From an uncultured Candidatus Saccharibacteria bacterium (GTDB taxonomy: Bacteria > Patescibacteriota > Doudnabacteria > UBA920): a DNA stretch of 64,000 bases. Of the stretch, positions 9,106 to 19,444 are shown piece by piece. Position 1 is the stretch's first letter, and every line of letters starts with the position of its first letter. The notes beneath the pieces were generated by a model, which was not told where the DNA came from, did no database searches, and was given only the letters and a program-made list of their open reading frames with translations. The translations under genes were made by a program, and so were the position numbers. The stretch lies in the NCBI GenBank assembly GCA_964473815.1, contig CAYYQK010000001.1, forward strand, positions 179,845 through 243,844. Direction: 5' to 3'.

Positions 9106-10035
9106 TTACTGAGAGAGATGGTCCATCACTTCGTCAATAAACTTCTCGTGAACGACGACGATGTGGTGGTTGTACTCCGTAATTTCTTTCAGTGGCTTGG
9201 GATCGAAAAGCTGAAGTTTGTGTAGGATTACCCCGGTTTCCCAAACCGGACGAAGAAACTTGTAGCCAAGCTTTTTGCAGATTCCGTAGATCGGGGTCCA
9301 GTCCCATGGAGTGCATTTGCCTGGTTCCAGAACCACAAGACCCACTTCTTGCTTCCATAGTCTGGCCATCGAGATACCGATGCTTCCGTCGCTGAGAGTA
9401 TGATTCTTCGTTAAACCGCCAAACCGAGGTTCGTCTATCAAAGCGCGGATCGCCGTCGGCAAATTTACGGCTGGGTCTCGAAGCATGCCGTACACCTCAG
9501 TGAGACTGTTATATGTTGGGGGAACTAAAGTTTCTCGCTGCACATCATCGATGAGGCGATGCACTGTGTCTGACCCTGGTCGATAGTAGTAAATCTCACC
9601 AGTATTTACATCACCAATGAATGATCCGACCACTTCCCTGCCGTTAACCAAAGCAATCATGGTGCCGACGCCATGTGATTGTTTCCGAACGAACGCTTTT
9701 GTGCCGTCGAGCGGATCTATGGTCACATAAATGTGTCCGCCTGGGAGCGTGCAGTCAATGCGAAGATCGTCTTCTTCGGCGATGATTCCCATGCCAGGAA
9801 AACATTCGGTTACAAGTTTGACGTAAATTCTTTGCGCCGCTTCGTCAGCAGAACTCTTCACGTCGTCCATATTCCCCGAATAACCCATTTTGCCTTCCGC
9901 GTGGAAAGCAATCCTTTGGTTCTGAATGGCAACTTGCGCCCGCCGAACCATCTCTTTGAAAATTAGACCAATCGCAGGTCCGGTGACATTTCCTAGTATC
10001 ACTTCATTGTTCATCTTAGTTATTTTGTCCTCCAT
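9106..10035 (-). CDS. Inositol monophosphatase/FIG superfamily phosphatase (start 10035 or 10014)
   Basis: IAEE, IDPLDGT, PWD motifs; promoter at 10046-10074 argues against the 10218 start. Confidence 0.8.
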   Translation of the reverse strand: MEDKITKMNNEVILGNVTGPAIGLIFKEMVRRAQVAIQNQRIAFHAEGKMGYSGNMDDVKSSADEAAQRIYVKLVTECFPGMGIIAEEDDLRIDCTLPGGHIYVTIDPLDGTKAFVRKQSHGVGTMIALVNGREVVGSFIGDVNTGEIYYYRPGSDTVHRLIDDVQRETLVPPTYNSLTEVYGMLRDPAVNLPTAIRALIDEPRFGGLTKNHTLSDGSIGISMARLWKQEVGLVVLEPGKCTPWDWTPIYGICKKLGYKFLRPVWETGVILHKLQLFDPKPLKEITEYNHHIVVVHEKFIDEVMDHLSQ

Positions 10036-10045
10036 TAAGCTTGTT

Positions 10046-10074
10046 ATGATACCTAAAAAAAGGACTTTTGTCAA
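10046..10074 (-). promoter_or_regulatory. Sigma70 promoter of the IMPase gene
   Basis: TTGACA-17-TATCAT. Confidence 0.7.
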
Positions 10075-10093
10075 TAGTATTATAAAAAAGCAC

Positions 10094-10117
10094 AAAAAAA
10101 GGAGGTCCGAAGACCTC
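10094..10117 (-). terminator. Intrinsic terminator
   Basis: GAGGUC-UUCG-GACCUC hairpin (cUUCGg loop) plus U7. Confidence 0.75.
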
Positions 10118-10123
10118 GACGAA

Positions 10124-10456
10124 TCAGTTTTGTTGGCGAAAATTGCGAGCCTTGAAATTCTTGTCAAAAAGCGAACGGTAAGCTCGAAAGTCTTGCCTAG
10201 CATTGGCATTCTGCTCATTCAGAACCCCAGGGACCATTTCTAGTTCAGTCGAATAGCAAACAACAACGGGCTTTGACCTCGGCGCATCGCTTAAATAATA
10301 GACAAATTCCTCAGTGTCAGTTTCCTCGTCATAATCTGTTTCGATTATCCGGACATAGCCAATTTTCCGTATTGGATCCCCGTCTGGGGAATCTTTGTAC
10401 GACATGTAGAAAGTGGCTGTCCCGATTGAAAAAACTTTCTCTTCTTTCTTTGCCAT
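10124..10456 (-). CDS. Hypothetical orphan protein
   Basis: AAGGGGG RBS before ATG 10456; TGGTATTAT upstream; terminator directly downstream. Confidence 0.6.
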   Translation of the reverse strand: MAKKEEKVFSIGTATFYMSYKDSPDGDPIRKIGYVRIIETDYDEETDTEEFVYYLSDAPRSKPVVVCYSTELEMVPGVLNEQNANARQDFRAYRSLFDKNFKARNFRQQN

Positions 10457-10504
10457 CACTATACCCCCTTCGCAACAATCTTTTGATAACATCCATATAA
10501 TACC

Positions 10505-10531
10505 AAAAACACGCCCCTCTAGAAAGCGTGT
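10505..10531 (-). terminator. Intrinsic terminator (CCCTCTA hairpin family)
   Basis: ACACGC...GCGTGT stem extended by G-U pairs, followed by a U-tract. Confidence 0.6.
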
Positions 10532-10618
10532 AGTTGGAACTCAATAAGTTATTTAGCTATAAGAGCTATTTGCATTATATCAGTCGGAATTGCCCGCGCA
10601 AGGGCATGCCTGTGGATA

Positions 10619-11167
10619 TTATTTAGTAGCCGAAGCAATGGTTACAGACTGTCTTGCAACCTTCCCATCAGATTCAGAAATCTTGATGTTTACAGCCTTA
10701 TTTATGAAGTTTGCTTTCAAAGAACTTGGCACTGTCCAGTTGACGCCAGTTGCTTCTGACCCACTCTTGGTGATCACATAATCAATACAAGTTTTTTGCC
10801 CTGCACAGCTTGGGTCTTCCAAAGCAACTGTAGCTGCTTTTCCATTTCCACCAGCCCATTTGATCAAGACTTTAGAATTGACTGTAAGTTTTTGCCCCGC
10901 AGCTGGAGAGATCACTCTAAAAGTTGATACTGGCTTAGCTGCCGGGTTCACTGGAACAACAGTATCATCCACATCGATCGGATTCAATTTAGGCATACTC
11001 GAACCTAAGTGTTCTTTTGCAAAATCGGTTCTGAAAAATACGAATGCTGCCAAAATGATTAGTACTAAAGCGACTAACCCTTTGACTTTATGGTCATGCC
11101 ATTCAGCACTACTCATGCCAGCTGGCTTGCTCAACTTCAAAGAAGTTGATGATTTAGTTTTGGCCAT
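10619..11167 (-). CDS. Membrane-anchored protein with Ig-like (Ser/Thr-rich) domain
   Basis: TM at aa ~30-45; VISPAAGQ...IKW...NWTVP beta-sandwich pattern; Cys pair. Confidence 0.65.
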   Translation of the reverse strand: MAKTKSSTSLKLSKPAGMSSAEWHDHKVKGLVALVLIILAAFVFFRTDFAKEHLGSSMPKLNPIDVDDTVVPVNPAAKPVSTFRVISPAAGQKLTVNSKVLIKWAGGNGKAATVALEDPSCAGQKTCIDYVITKSGSEATGVNWTVPSSLKANFINKAVNIKISESDGKVARQSVTIASATK

Positions 11168-11279
11168 TTATTTTGGTTTCTTAATTTTAAGTTTTCTTTA
11201 CTATAATTTTAACAGTTTTTCAAGATTTTGCCTTCCAAAAAAGTGGATAAATCAGCATAATAATATTTTTTAGAAATTT

Positions 11280-11309
11280 AAAAACAGCCCCCTCTAGAAG
11301 GGCTGTTTT
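11280..11309. terminator. Bidirectional terminator after the tRNA operon
   Basis: AAAACAGCCC...GGGCTGTTTT inverted repeat. Confidence 0.8.
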
Positions 11310-11319
11310 CAAAATTACG

Positions 11320-11396
11320 TGGCGGACTGAACGGGACTCGAACCCGCGACCTTCCGCGTGACAGGCGGACGCTCTAACCAACTGAGCTACCAGTCC
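11320..11396 (-). tRNA. tRNA-Asp(GUC)
   Basis: GGACTGGTAGCTCAG...CTGTCAC...GTTCGAGTC...GCCA cloverleaf, CCA encoded. Confidence 0.96.
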
Positions 11397-11435
11397 AGAT
11401 TTTACATATCACTTGGCCAACGCCAAATATTTTGT

Positions 11436-11511
11436 TGGTACCGGCGACAGGGATTGAACCTGTGACCTAAGGCTTATGAGTCCTTCGCTCTACCAACTGA
11501 GCTACGCCGGC
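11436..11511 (-). tRNA. tRNA with CAU anticodon (elongator Met or Ile2)
   Basis: GCCGGCGTAGCTCAG...CTCATAA...GGTTCAATCC...ACCA. Confidence 0.92.
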
Positions 11512-11550
11512 TTAGTATTTACGCGACGCAGTGAGCGCGGCGATTTTCTT

Positions 11551-11626
11551 TGGTTGCGGGGCCGGGATTCGAACCCGGAACCTCAAGGTTATGAGCCTTG
11601 CGAGCTGCCAATTGCTCTACCCCGCG
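11551..11626 (-). tRNA. Initiator tRNA-fMet(CAU)
   Basis: CGCGGGG...CTCATAA...CCCCGCAACCA with C1:A72 mismatch. Confidence 0.94.
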
Positions 11627-11663
11627 TCATGTATAATCTAGTGTTTTGACCAGATACCTGAGG

Positions 11664-11692
11664 ATTATATCACTAATCCGCGAATTTGGCAA
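11664..11692 (-). promoter_or_regulatory. Promoter of the fMet-Met/Ile2-Asp tRNA operon
   Basis: TTGCCA-17-TATAAT with TG extension. Confidence 0.8.
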
Positions 11693-11716
11693 GGTTTTTA
11701 TATGGAATATGAAGAT

Positions 11717-11748
11717 AAAAAAAGACGGTGACACATTGCTCACCGTCT
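11717..11748 (-). terminator. Intrinsic terminator of the 11771 orphan
   Basis: AGACGGTGA/TCACCGTCT 9-bp stem plus U-tract. Confidence 0.75.
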
Positions 11749-11770
11749 AGTATCTTTACCGACCTGATTC

Positions 11771-12736
11771 TTAGGCCGTCATTTCGAGAAATGCGAAATC
11801 TTGGATTTCCTCACCGACTTCGGACTGCTCACTTTGGAGATCGCAGACGTTCAGCAGGTGTTGACCGAAATCAAAGATCACGTCTTTGAAGACATGCAGA
11901 ACAAGCTCGTCGCCGACCATTAGGTATTCCGCTGGGATTATCGGAAGGTCGTGACCGGTGGACCGTTGTTCACCAGGGATCACTTTCATCAGCCCGCAAA
12001 AAGCTTCTTCCACTTTGTCTTCAGAATCCGAATTCTTTCGCATTTGACCGATCCGCATGGTTTTGTCAAAAACACATCCGTTTCGGTAAATGGTCAATAC
12101 CCCCGATCTGAGTTCTTTTGATGCGACTAGGCAATCGAAATGCGTATTGTCGTATTTGAAAACGTTTCGACCATTTTCATCCGCGACTACCCCGAACTTC
12201 ACTGTTTGCCTCGGTCGGGAACTTCGCACCACTTCAGCGCCTAGCAAAATTTCCTCGGGTTTCCGATTTAATATGCATGTGGCGCTTTTGAACAGAGTGG
12301 TAATATTGACTACAGGGTTGGGGCCCGGCTGCACGTACACTGCATCAATGCCCACAATTTTGGGAATCATGCTTTGAACATTTCCGAATCCATGCTGGGT
12401 TCTTTCCCCCTGAATGAATATCAGAACCGGTGTTTCCTGTTCAAGTGGGATGGTACACTCTGCTTTGTTGAAATAGCCGATAGCTGTCCAGCCTCGTGGG
12501 AAAACGATAACTGTCTCGTCGTCAAATTGAGTAACATCTCCCTTTCGAAGGATTGTAAAGGTTGCGTGTTGTTTCTCCGGGTCGCCCTTTGAAGAACTCC
12601 TTGGGGTAATCAACCTTCGCAGGTAGTCTCCCATTGGACTCTCTTTGAAGCGTTTCAGATCCTCCCGATTGGTAACAACAAAACTAAAGTTTTGGCCGAT
12701 CGGGTTTGTTCCTGGGTCTTCTCGTACTCCTAACAT
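11771..12736 (-). CDS. Hypothetical beta-rich orphan protein
   Basis: Long ORF; AGGAGG before ATG 12736 (alternative GTG at 12769); own terminator. Confidence 0.65.
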   Translation of the reverse strand: MLGVREDPGTNPIGQNFSFVVTNREDLKRFKESPMGDYLRRLITPRSSSKGDPEKQHATFTILRKGDVTQFDDETVIVFPRGWTAIGYFNKAECTIPLEQETPVLIFIQGERTQHGFGNVQSMIPKIVGIDAVYVQPGPNPVVNITTLFKSATCILNRKPEEILLGAEVVRSSRPRQTVKFGVVADENGRNVFKYDNTHFDCLVASKELRSGVLTIYRNGCVFDKTMRIGQMRKNSDSEDKVEEAFCGLMKVIPGEQRSTGHDLPIIPAEYLMVGDELVLHVFKDVIFDFGQHLLNVCDLQSEQSEVGEEIQDFAFLEMTA

Positions 12737-12854
12737 CTCCCCTCCTATCGTTGTGAGTAATTTTGGCACTTAGGGTTCATCCCCCAAGCAAGTACTTTAA
12801 CACATCTATTTAATAATTACAAGGGTTTATGATCGACAAATGAATATTCAAGAT

Positions 12855-12883
12855 AAAAACAAAACCACCCGTTCGGGTGGTTT
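12855..12883 (-). terminator. Intrinsic terminator of the H1-like gene
   Basis: AAACCACCC-N4-GGGTGGTTT plus U-rich tract. Confidence 0.75.
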
Positions 12884-12906
12884 CGCATCGCTTCGAAGCT
12901 CGCGAA

Positions 12907-13059
12907 TTAACGACGGCGCTTCTTAGCAGCTTTACGCTTAGCTGGGCGCTTTGCAGCTTTCTTAGCTGGGCGCTTTGCAGCCTTACGCTTTGCTGGGCGG
13001 CGCTTTGCAGCTTTCTTAGCAGCTGGGCGCTTTGCAGCTTTTCTCTTTTTTGCGGCCAT
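12907..13059 (-). CDS. 50-aa histone H1/protamine-like basic protein (not in ORF track)
   Basis: Hand translation MAAKKRKAAKRPAAKKAAKRRPAKRKAAKRPAKKAAKRPAKRKAAKKRRR; AGGAG RBS; promoter and terminator flank it. Confidence 0.85.
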   Translation of the reverse strand: MAAKKRKAAKRPAAKKAAKRRPAKRKAAKRPAKKAAKRPAKRKAAKKRRR

Positions 13060-13227
13060 TGTGGCTAGTCTCCTGAGATAAATTATTTTGTTTTATCTCA
13101 TTTTAATTTCTACTTCTTCGCAAAGCGCGAAGGTTAGTAGTACAAATAATTTTGCGTTTCTGTTTCTGTAAGCAAATTTTTATTTGCGTTCAGATTTCTG
13201 TTTCACAAGTCTTAATTGACTAATATA

Positions 13228-13257
13228 ATTATAAGATTTTGTCTATTGCACAGTCAA
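13228..13257 (-). promoter_or_regulatory. Promoter of the H1-like gene
   Basis: TTGACT-18-TATAAT. Confidence 0.6.
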
Positions 13258-13931
13258 GAGTCATTGTGTATAACTTTTTTTAGTTTTGCGCGCAATTTTT
13301 GTGACAGAAGTGTGTTAATTTCTTTTTGCAAACGCTGTTGTGATATTTTTTTAATCAAAACTTTATTTTTTTGCAAAGCGAGTTTGGTTTTGTTTTCAAA
13401 CTGCAAATTGTATTGTAATGCAAATCGGTAAGCGCGGATAATTCGTAAAGGATCTTCTTTAATTCTTTTATCGGCATTGCCAATAAATTTTAATCTTTTA
13501 TTTTTAATATCTGCGAGCCCATTATGAAAGTCTAATAATTCCTTTGTTAAAGGTGAGTAGTAGAGAGCGTTTATAGTAAAGTCTCGGCGGGTGCTATCTG
13601 TTTTAACGCTTTTAGTTAAGCTGATTTTAGGGTAACGGCTATCTAGATAACTGTCTTTGCGGAAGGTTGTAATCTCGACTTTTTGCGTGCCTTTGGATGC
13701 CACAATTACCCCGAATTTCTTGTGAGTACCTGTAGTAGAAACACCGTCCTTTTTTAGCAACAAAGTAACTTGTTCAGGTGTTGCGATTGTGGCAATGTCT
13801 ATATCAGAAATTTTGTGGCCTAATAAAAAATTGCGCACAGCACCACCGACAAAATATGTTTGTGGATATTGTGACGCAATTATATTAAAAACATGTGATG
13901 CAAATTTTTGCTTGGCAAAAATTTTATTCAT
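13254..13931 (-). CDS. cca: Short class II CCA-adding tRNA nucleotidyltransferase
   Basis: VGGAVRN...DIDIAT, EITTFR, RRDFTINAL, EDPLRIIRAYRF. Confidence 0.85.
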   Translation of the reverse strand: MNKIFAKQKFASHVFNIIASQYPQTYFVGGAVRNFLLGHKISDIDIATIATPEQVTLLLKKDGVSTTGTHKKFGVIVASKGTQKVEITTFRKDSYLDSRYPKISLTKSVKTDSTRRDFTINALYYSPLTKELLDFHNGLADIKNKRLKFIGNADKRIKEDPLRIIRAYRFALQYNLQFENKTKLALQKNKVLIKKISQQRLQKEINTLLSQKLRAKLKKVIHNDS

Positions 13932-14379
13932 GAAGAACACCTTCACTAGTTATTCTTGTTTTGCGATGCGCATGTTTGCGTGCAATGTTTATTCTGCTTA
14001 AGTTACGTTGCAACCACACTGCAGCCATACTGTATTCTTCGTCTGATAAATTTTGTTCGCGTAAGATTTTTTCTGCTTCTAGTTTTGCTTCTTCTGCGCG
14101 GGCTAAATCAATTTCGTAATAGTGCTCTGCGGCATCAGCTAAAATTATAACTTCGTTACCACCTTCTTGCACTTGCACAAAGCCACCGGCAACGTGAATG
14201 TTGTTTTCTTCACCACCGTTTTTAGTGACTAACTCCCCACTCTTGAGCGTTGCAATAATCGGTGCATGGCCAGGCAGGATCGTGATTTGCCCTTCTGTAG
14301 TTGGACACGACAAACTAGCCAATTCTTCGGTAAGAACGGTTCGTTCAGGGGTTACGAGTTGGACATTGAGTTTAGCCAT
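13924..14379 (-). CDS. atpC: F1 ATP synthase epsilon subunit
   Basis: LVTPER, GQITILPGHAP, GGFVQV, ILADAAE; operon position. Confidence 0.95.
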   Translation of the reverse strand: MAKLNVQLVTPERTVLTEELASLSCPTTEGQITILPGHAPIIATLKSGELVTKNGGEENNIHVAGGFVQVQEGGNEVIILADAAEHYYEIDLARAEEAKLEAEKILREQNLSDEEYSMAAVWLQRNLSRINIARKHAHRKTRITSEGVLHE

Positions 14380-14381
14380 GT

Positions 14382-16695
<2,314 letters not shown>

Positions 16696-16698
16696 TTA

Positions 16699-18210
16699 TT
16701 ATTTATTCCAACCTTGCTTGAAAGCCTCAATCGAAGCTTTTAATTTTGCCTCAGTATCTTCTTCCAAATTCTTTGAGTCGCGGATTGCTGCGAGTACTTC
16801 TTTGCCTTTTGAATCACTGTCCATAAAGTCGTAGAAATCTTTTTCAAACTGTTGCAACTTTTCTACGGCAATATCATTTAGCAAACCATTGTTCACTGCA
16901 TACAAAATCACAACTTGTTTTTCCATAGCTACTGGTGAATATTGTGGTTGCTTCAATAGCTCTGTTAAACGGCGACCGAGTTCTAATTGTTCACGAGTTG
17001 CTTCATCAAGGTCACTGCCGAATTGTGCGAAGGCTTCAAGTTCACGGAACTGAGCAAGGGAAAGCTTCAACTTGCCAGCAACTTTTTTAATTGCCTTGGT
17101 CTGCGCAGATGAACCCACACGAGACACAGAGGTTCCAACGTTCACTGCTGGACGAATACCTTTGTAGAACAAATCGCTTTCTAAGAAAATCTGACCATCA
17201 GTAATAGAAATTACATTTGTTGGGATGTAAGCAGAAATGTCACCAGCCTGGGTTTCAATAATCGGCAACGCGGTTATAGAACCACCACCATTGTCGGCAT
17301 TCATTTTTGCAGCGCGTTCGAGTAATCGAGAGTGCAAGTAGAACACATCTCCAGGATAAGCTTCACGACCGGGTGGGCGACGAAGTAGCAAAGAAATTTC
17401 GCGGTAAGCCACCGCTTGCTTGGAAAGATCATCGTAAACAATCAATACATCTTTACCTTGATCCATAAAGTATTCAGCCATAGAAGTCGCACTGTACGGC
17501 GCTATGTAAGAAAGAGCAGCTGGTTCAGAAGCACCAGCAGACACAACAATTGTGTAATCCATTGCCCCGCGTTCTTCAAGCTCTGCTACAATCTTGGCAA
17601 TCTTACTTTCTTTCTGGCCAACAGCAACGTAAACACAAATCATGTTCTGACCTTTTTGGTTGATGATTGTGTCAATTGCCACAGCAGTTTTACCGGTTTG
17701 GCGGTCGCCAATAATTAACTCACGTTGACCACGGCCAATAGGAATTAGAGCATCAATAGCTTTAATACCAGTTTGAACCGGTTGGTGTACACTCTGACGA
17801 GTAATAACACCAGGCGCAATTTTTTCTACCGGATAAAAATCTTTTGCAACAACTTCACCCTTGCCATCTTTTGGAGCACCTAAGCCAGACAAAACACGAC
17901 CGATTAAGCTTTCACCAACAGGGACAGACAAAATTTTTCCTGTTGAGCGAACAGTATCGCCTTGTTTAATATGCGAGAACTCGCCAAGAATAATCGCACC
18001 TACGCTGTGTTCTTCCAGGTTCAACGCAACACCATTAACTCCATTGCCAAAATCAAGCATTTCCATGCTCTTTACTTCGCTTAGACCAGAAATGCGCGCA
18101 ATACCATCTCCGACTTCCAATACTGTGCCGACTTTTTCTACAGAAACTGTGGGTTCGAAACCAGCGATCTGTTCCTTTAACTTATCTATAATATGTTGTG
18201 CGTTAGCCAT
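16699..18210 (-). CDS. atpA: F1 ATP synthase alpha subunit
   Basis: [30 protein letters not shown]. Confidence 0.98.
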   Translation of the reverse strand: MANAQHIIDKLKEQIAGFEPTVSVEKVGTVLEVGDGIARISGLSEVKSMEMLDFGNGVNGVALNLEEHSVGAIILGEFSHIKQGDTVRSTGKILSVPVGESLIGRVLSGLGAPKDGKGEVVAKDFYPVEKIAPGVITRQSVHQPVQTGIKAIDALIPIGRGQRELIIGDRQTGKTAVAIDTIINQKGQNMICVYVAVGQKESKIAKIVAELEERGAMDYTIVVSAGASEPAALSYIAPYSATSMAEYFMDQGKDVLIVYDDLSKQAVAYREISLLLRRPPGREAYPGDVFYLHSRLLERAAKMNADNGGGSITALPIIETQAGDISAYIPTNVISITDGQIFLESDLFYKGIRPAVNVGTSVSRVGSSAQTKAIKKVAGKLKLSLAQFRELEAFAQFGSDLDEATREQLELGRRLTELLKQPQYSPVAMEKQVVILYAVNNGLLNDIAVEKLQQFEKDFYDFMDSDSKGKEVLAAIRDSKNLEEDTEAKLKASIEAFKQGWNK

Positions 18211-18604
18211 TGTTGCTTCCCTTCAAATTACTTTCCAAATTTTCTAAACTATTTTTGATGCTGCCATCTATTAGTGTATCGTCGATGCGGATGACAACCC
18301 CGCCAATTATACTTTCGTCTTGCTTGTGAATGATTTCTGCATTCTTTCCAACAATTTTATTTAAATCATCTATTACACCTTTATTGATTTTCGCTGTCGC
18401 AGTTGTTACTTCCACATCTATTACTCCGCGTTGTTGTTTGTCATAAACTTCATATTCTTCGATTATCGCTTCGTAACTTCCGAGATCACCGTTGTCTTTG
18501 AGAGTGCGAACAAAGTTATCGATTACGGTGTCGTGACCACGAGGGGTTGTTTCGCTGAGTGCTTCGTACAAAGCCTGAGCGTATTGTTGTTTACTATACC
18601 TCAT
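18203..18604 (-). CDS. atpH: F1 ATP synthase delta subunit (short)
   Basis: YAQALY; [25 protein letters not shown]; operon position. Confidence 0.92.
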   Translation of the reverse strand: MRYSKQQYAQALYEALSETTPRGHDTVIDNFVRTLKDNGDLGSYEAIIEEYEVYDKQQRGVIDVEVTTATAKINKGVIDDLNKIVGKNAEIIHKQDESIIGGVVIRIDDTLIDGSIKNSLENLESNLKGSNNG

Positions 18605-19385
18605 GCTTGGCCTCCTTGAGCGCGTCTTCTATTAGTGCTGCGTCCTTTTTAGCATCAAGCTTTTGCTTCAAGATTTTTTCTGTTGCTCCAACTACCAAAC
18701 CAGCTAATTCAGTCTTTGCGCTTTCCACCATCATCTGTTTTTCTTGTTCGAGCTTAACTTGCGCTGCAGCAATTAATTTTGCCTGTTCTTCTTTGGTTTT
18801 ATCTAATAGATCAGATTTAACTTTTTCAGCATCACTTTTTGCCTGCGAAATAATGCTAGCTGCCTCGGCACGCACTTGGCTAATTTCCCCTTGCTTCCAA
18901 GAATCAAAAGTTTCGCGTTCTTGAGAAATTTTTTGTGCGTCCTCCAAAGAATTTTCAATCTTTTCTGTACGCTGCGCCAAACCTTTTGTTACAGGCGACC
19001 ACACCCACTTCCACAACACAAACAAGATTATTGCAAAGTTAATCAATTGGGCAACGAACAATTTCCAATTCAAACCAAACATACCAACAATTCCGGTGTT
19101 TTCTTCTGCAGTGGGTGCGCCGGATTCACTCGCCGCTTGAGTAACTTCTGCTCCAGCAGTATTTGCATTTCCATCCATGGTGCGATATTCAGCGTTCCCA
19201 GTTGCAGGTTGCAGACTTTGCGAACCATTTGAGTTTATAGGGGTTGTTTTTGTACTCGAAGTGTTCGTAGTTGCAGTAGGTTTTGTTGCTGTGGCTGCAC
19301 TTACAAAATTTATCCCAATTCCAAATACCATCACAGCTGACATGACAAGAGTAAAGATTGAAGTTCGTTTCATAGAAATTTTCAT
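18594..19385 (-). CDS. atpF: Fo subunit b with a long N-terminal extension
   Basis: FGLNWKLFVAQLINFAIILFVL.K..W.P...L..R...I coiled coil; operon position. Confidence 0.9.
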   Translation of the reverse strand: MKISMKRTSIFTLVMSAVMVFGIGINFVSAATATKPTATTNTSSTKTTPINSNGSQSLQPATGNAEYRTMDGNANTAGAEVTQAASESGAPTAEENTGIVGMFGLNWKLFVAQLINFAIILFVLWKWVWSPVTKGLAQRTEKIENSLEDAQKISQERETFDSWKQGEISQVRAEAASIISQAKSDAEKVKSDLLDKTKEEQAKLIAAAQVKLEQEKQMMVESAKTELAGLVVGATEKILKQKLDAKKDAALIEDALKEAKHEV

Positions 19386-19410
19386 TTATAGATAGTAGTT
19401 AGAATTGAGC

Positions 19411-19438
19411 GGGGTGCACTGAGTAATTGAAGCACCCC
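19411..19438. other. Stem-loop between atpE and atpF
   Basis: GGGGTGC-N14-GCACCCC without U-tract; plausible mRNA stability element for c-subunit excess. Confidence 0.55.
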
Positions 19439-19444
19439 ACAGGT

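Noticed and set aside
10036-10218. N-terminal extension of the IMPase ORF in the track
   Set aside because: Overlaps the upstream gene, its terminator and a clear promoter; the true start is 10035 or 10014
11320-12769. tRNA-anchored prophage or ICE
   Set aside because: No integrase, no duplicated tRNA 3' end and no phage genes seen
12877-13068. + strand 63-aa ORF with SWALCS repeats, and a possible CRISPR-like repeat
   Set aside because: It is the antisense shadow of the K/R/A-rich minus-strand gene; the repeats are short coding units without unique spacers
10611-13273. Scattered DnaA-box-like 9-mers (10611, 11242, 13265) as a possible oriC
   Set aside because: Too few and dispersed, no dnaA/dnaN, and no switch in gene orientation
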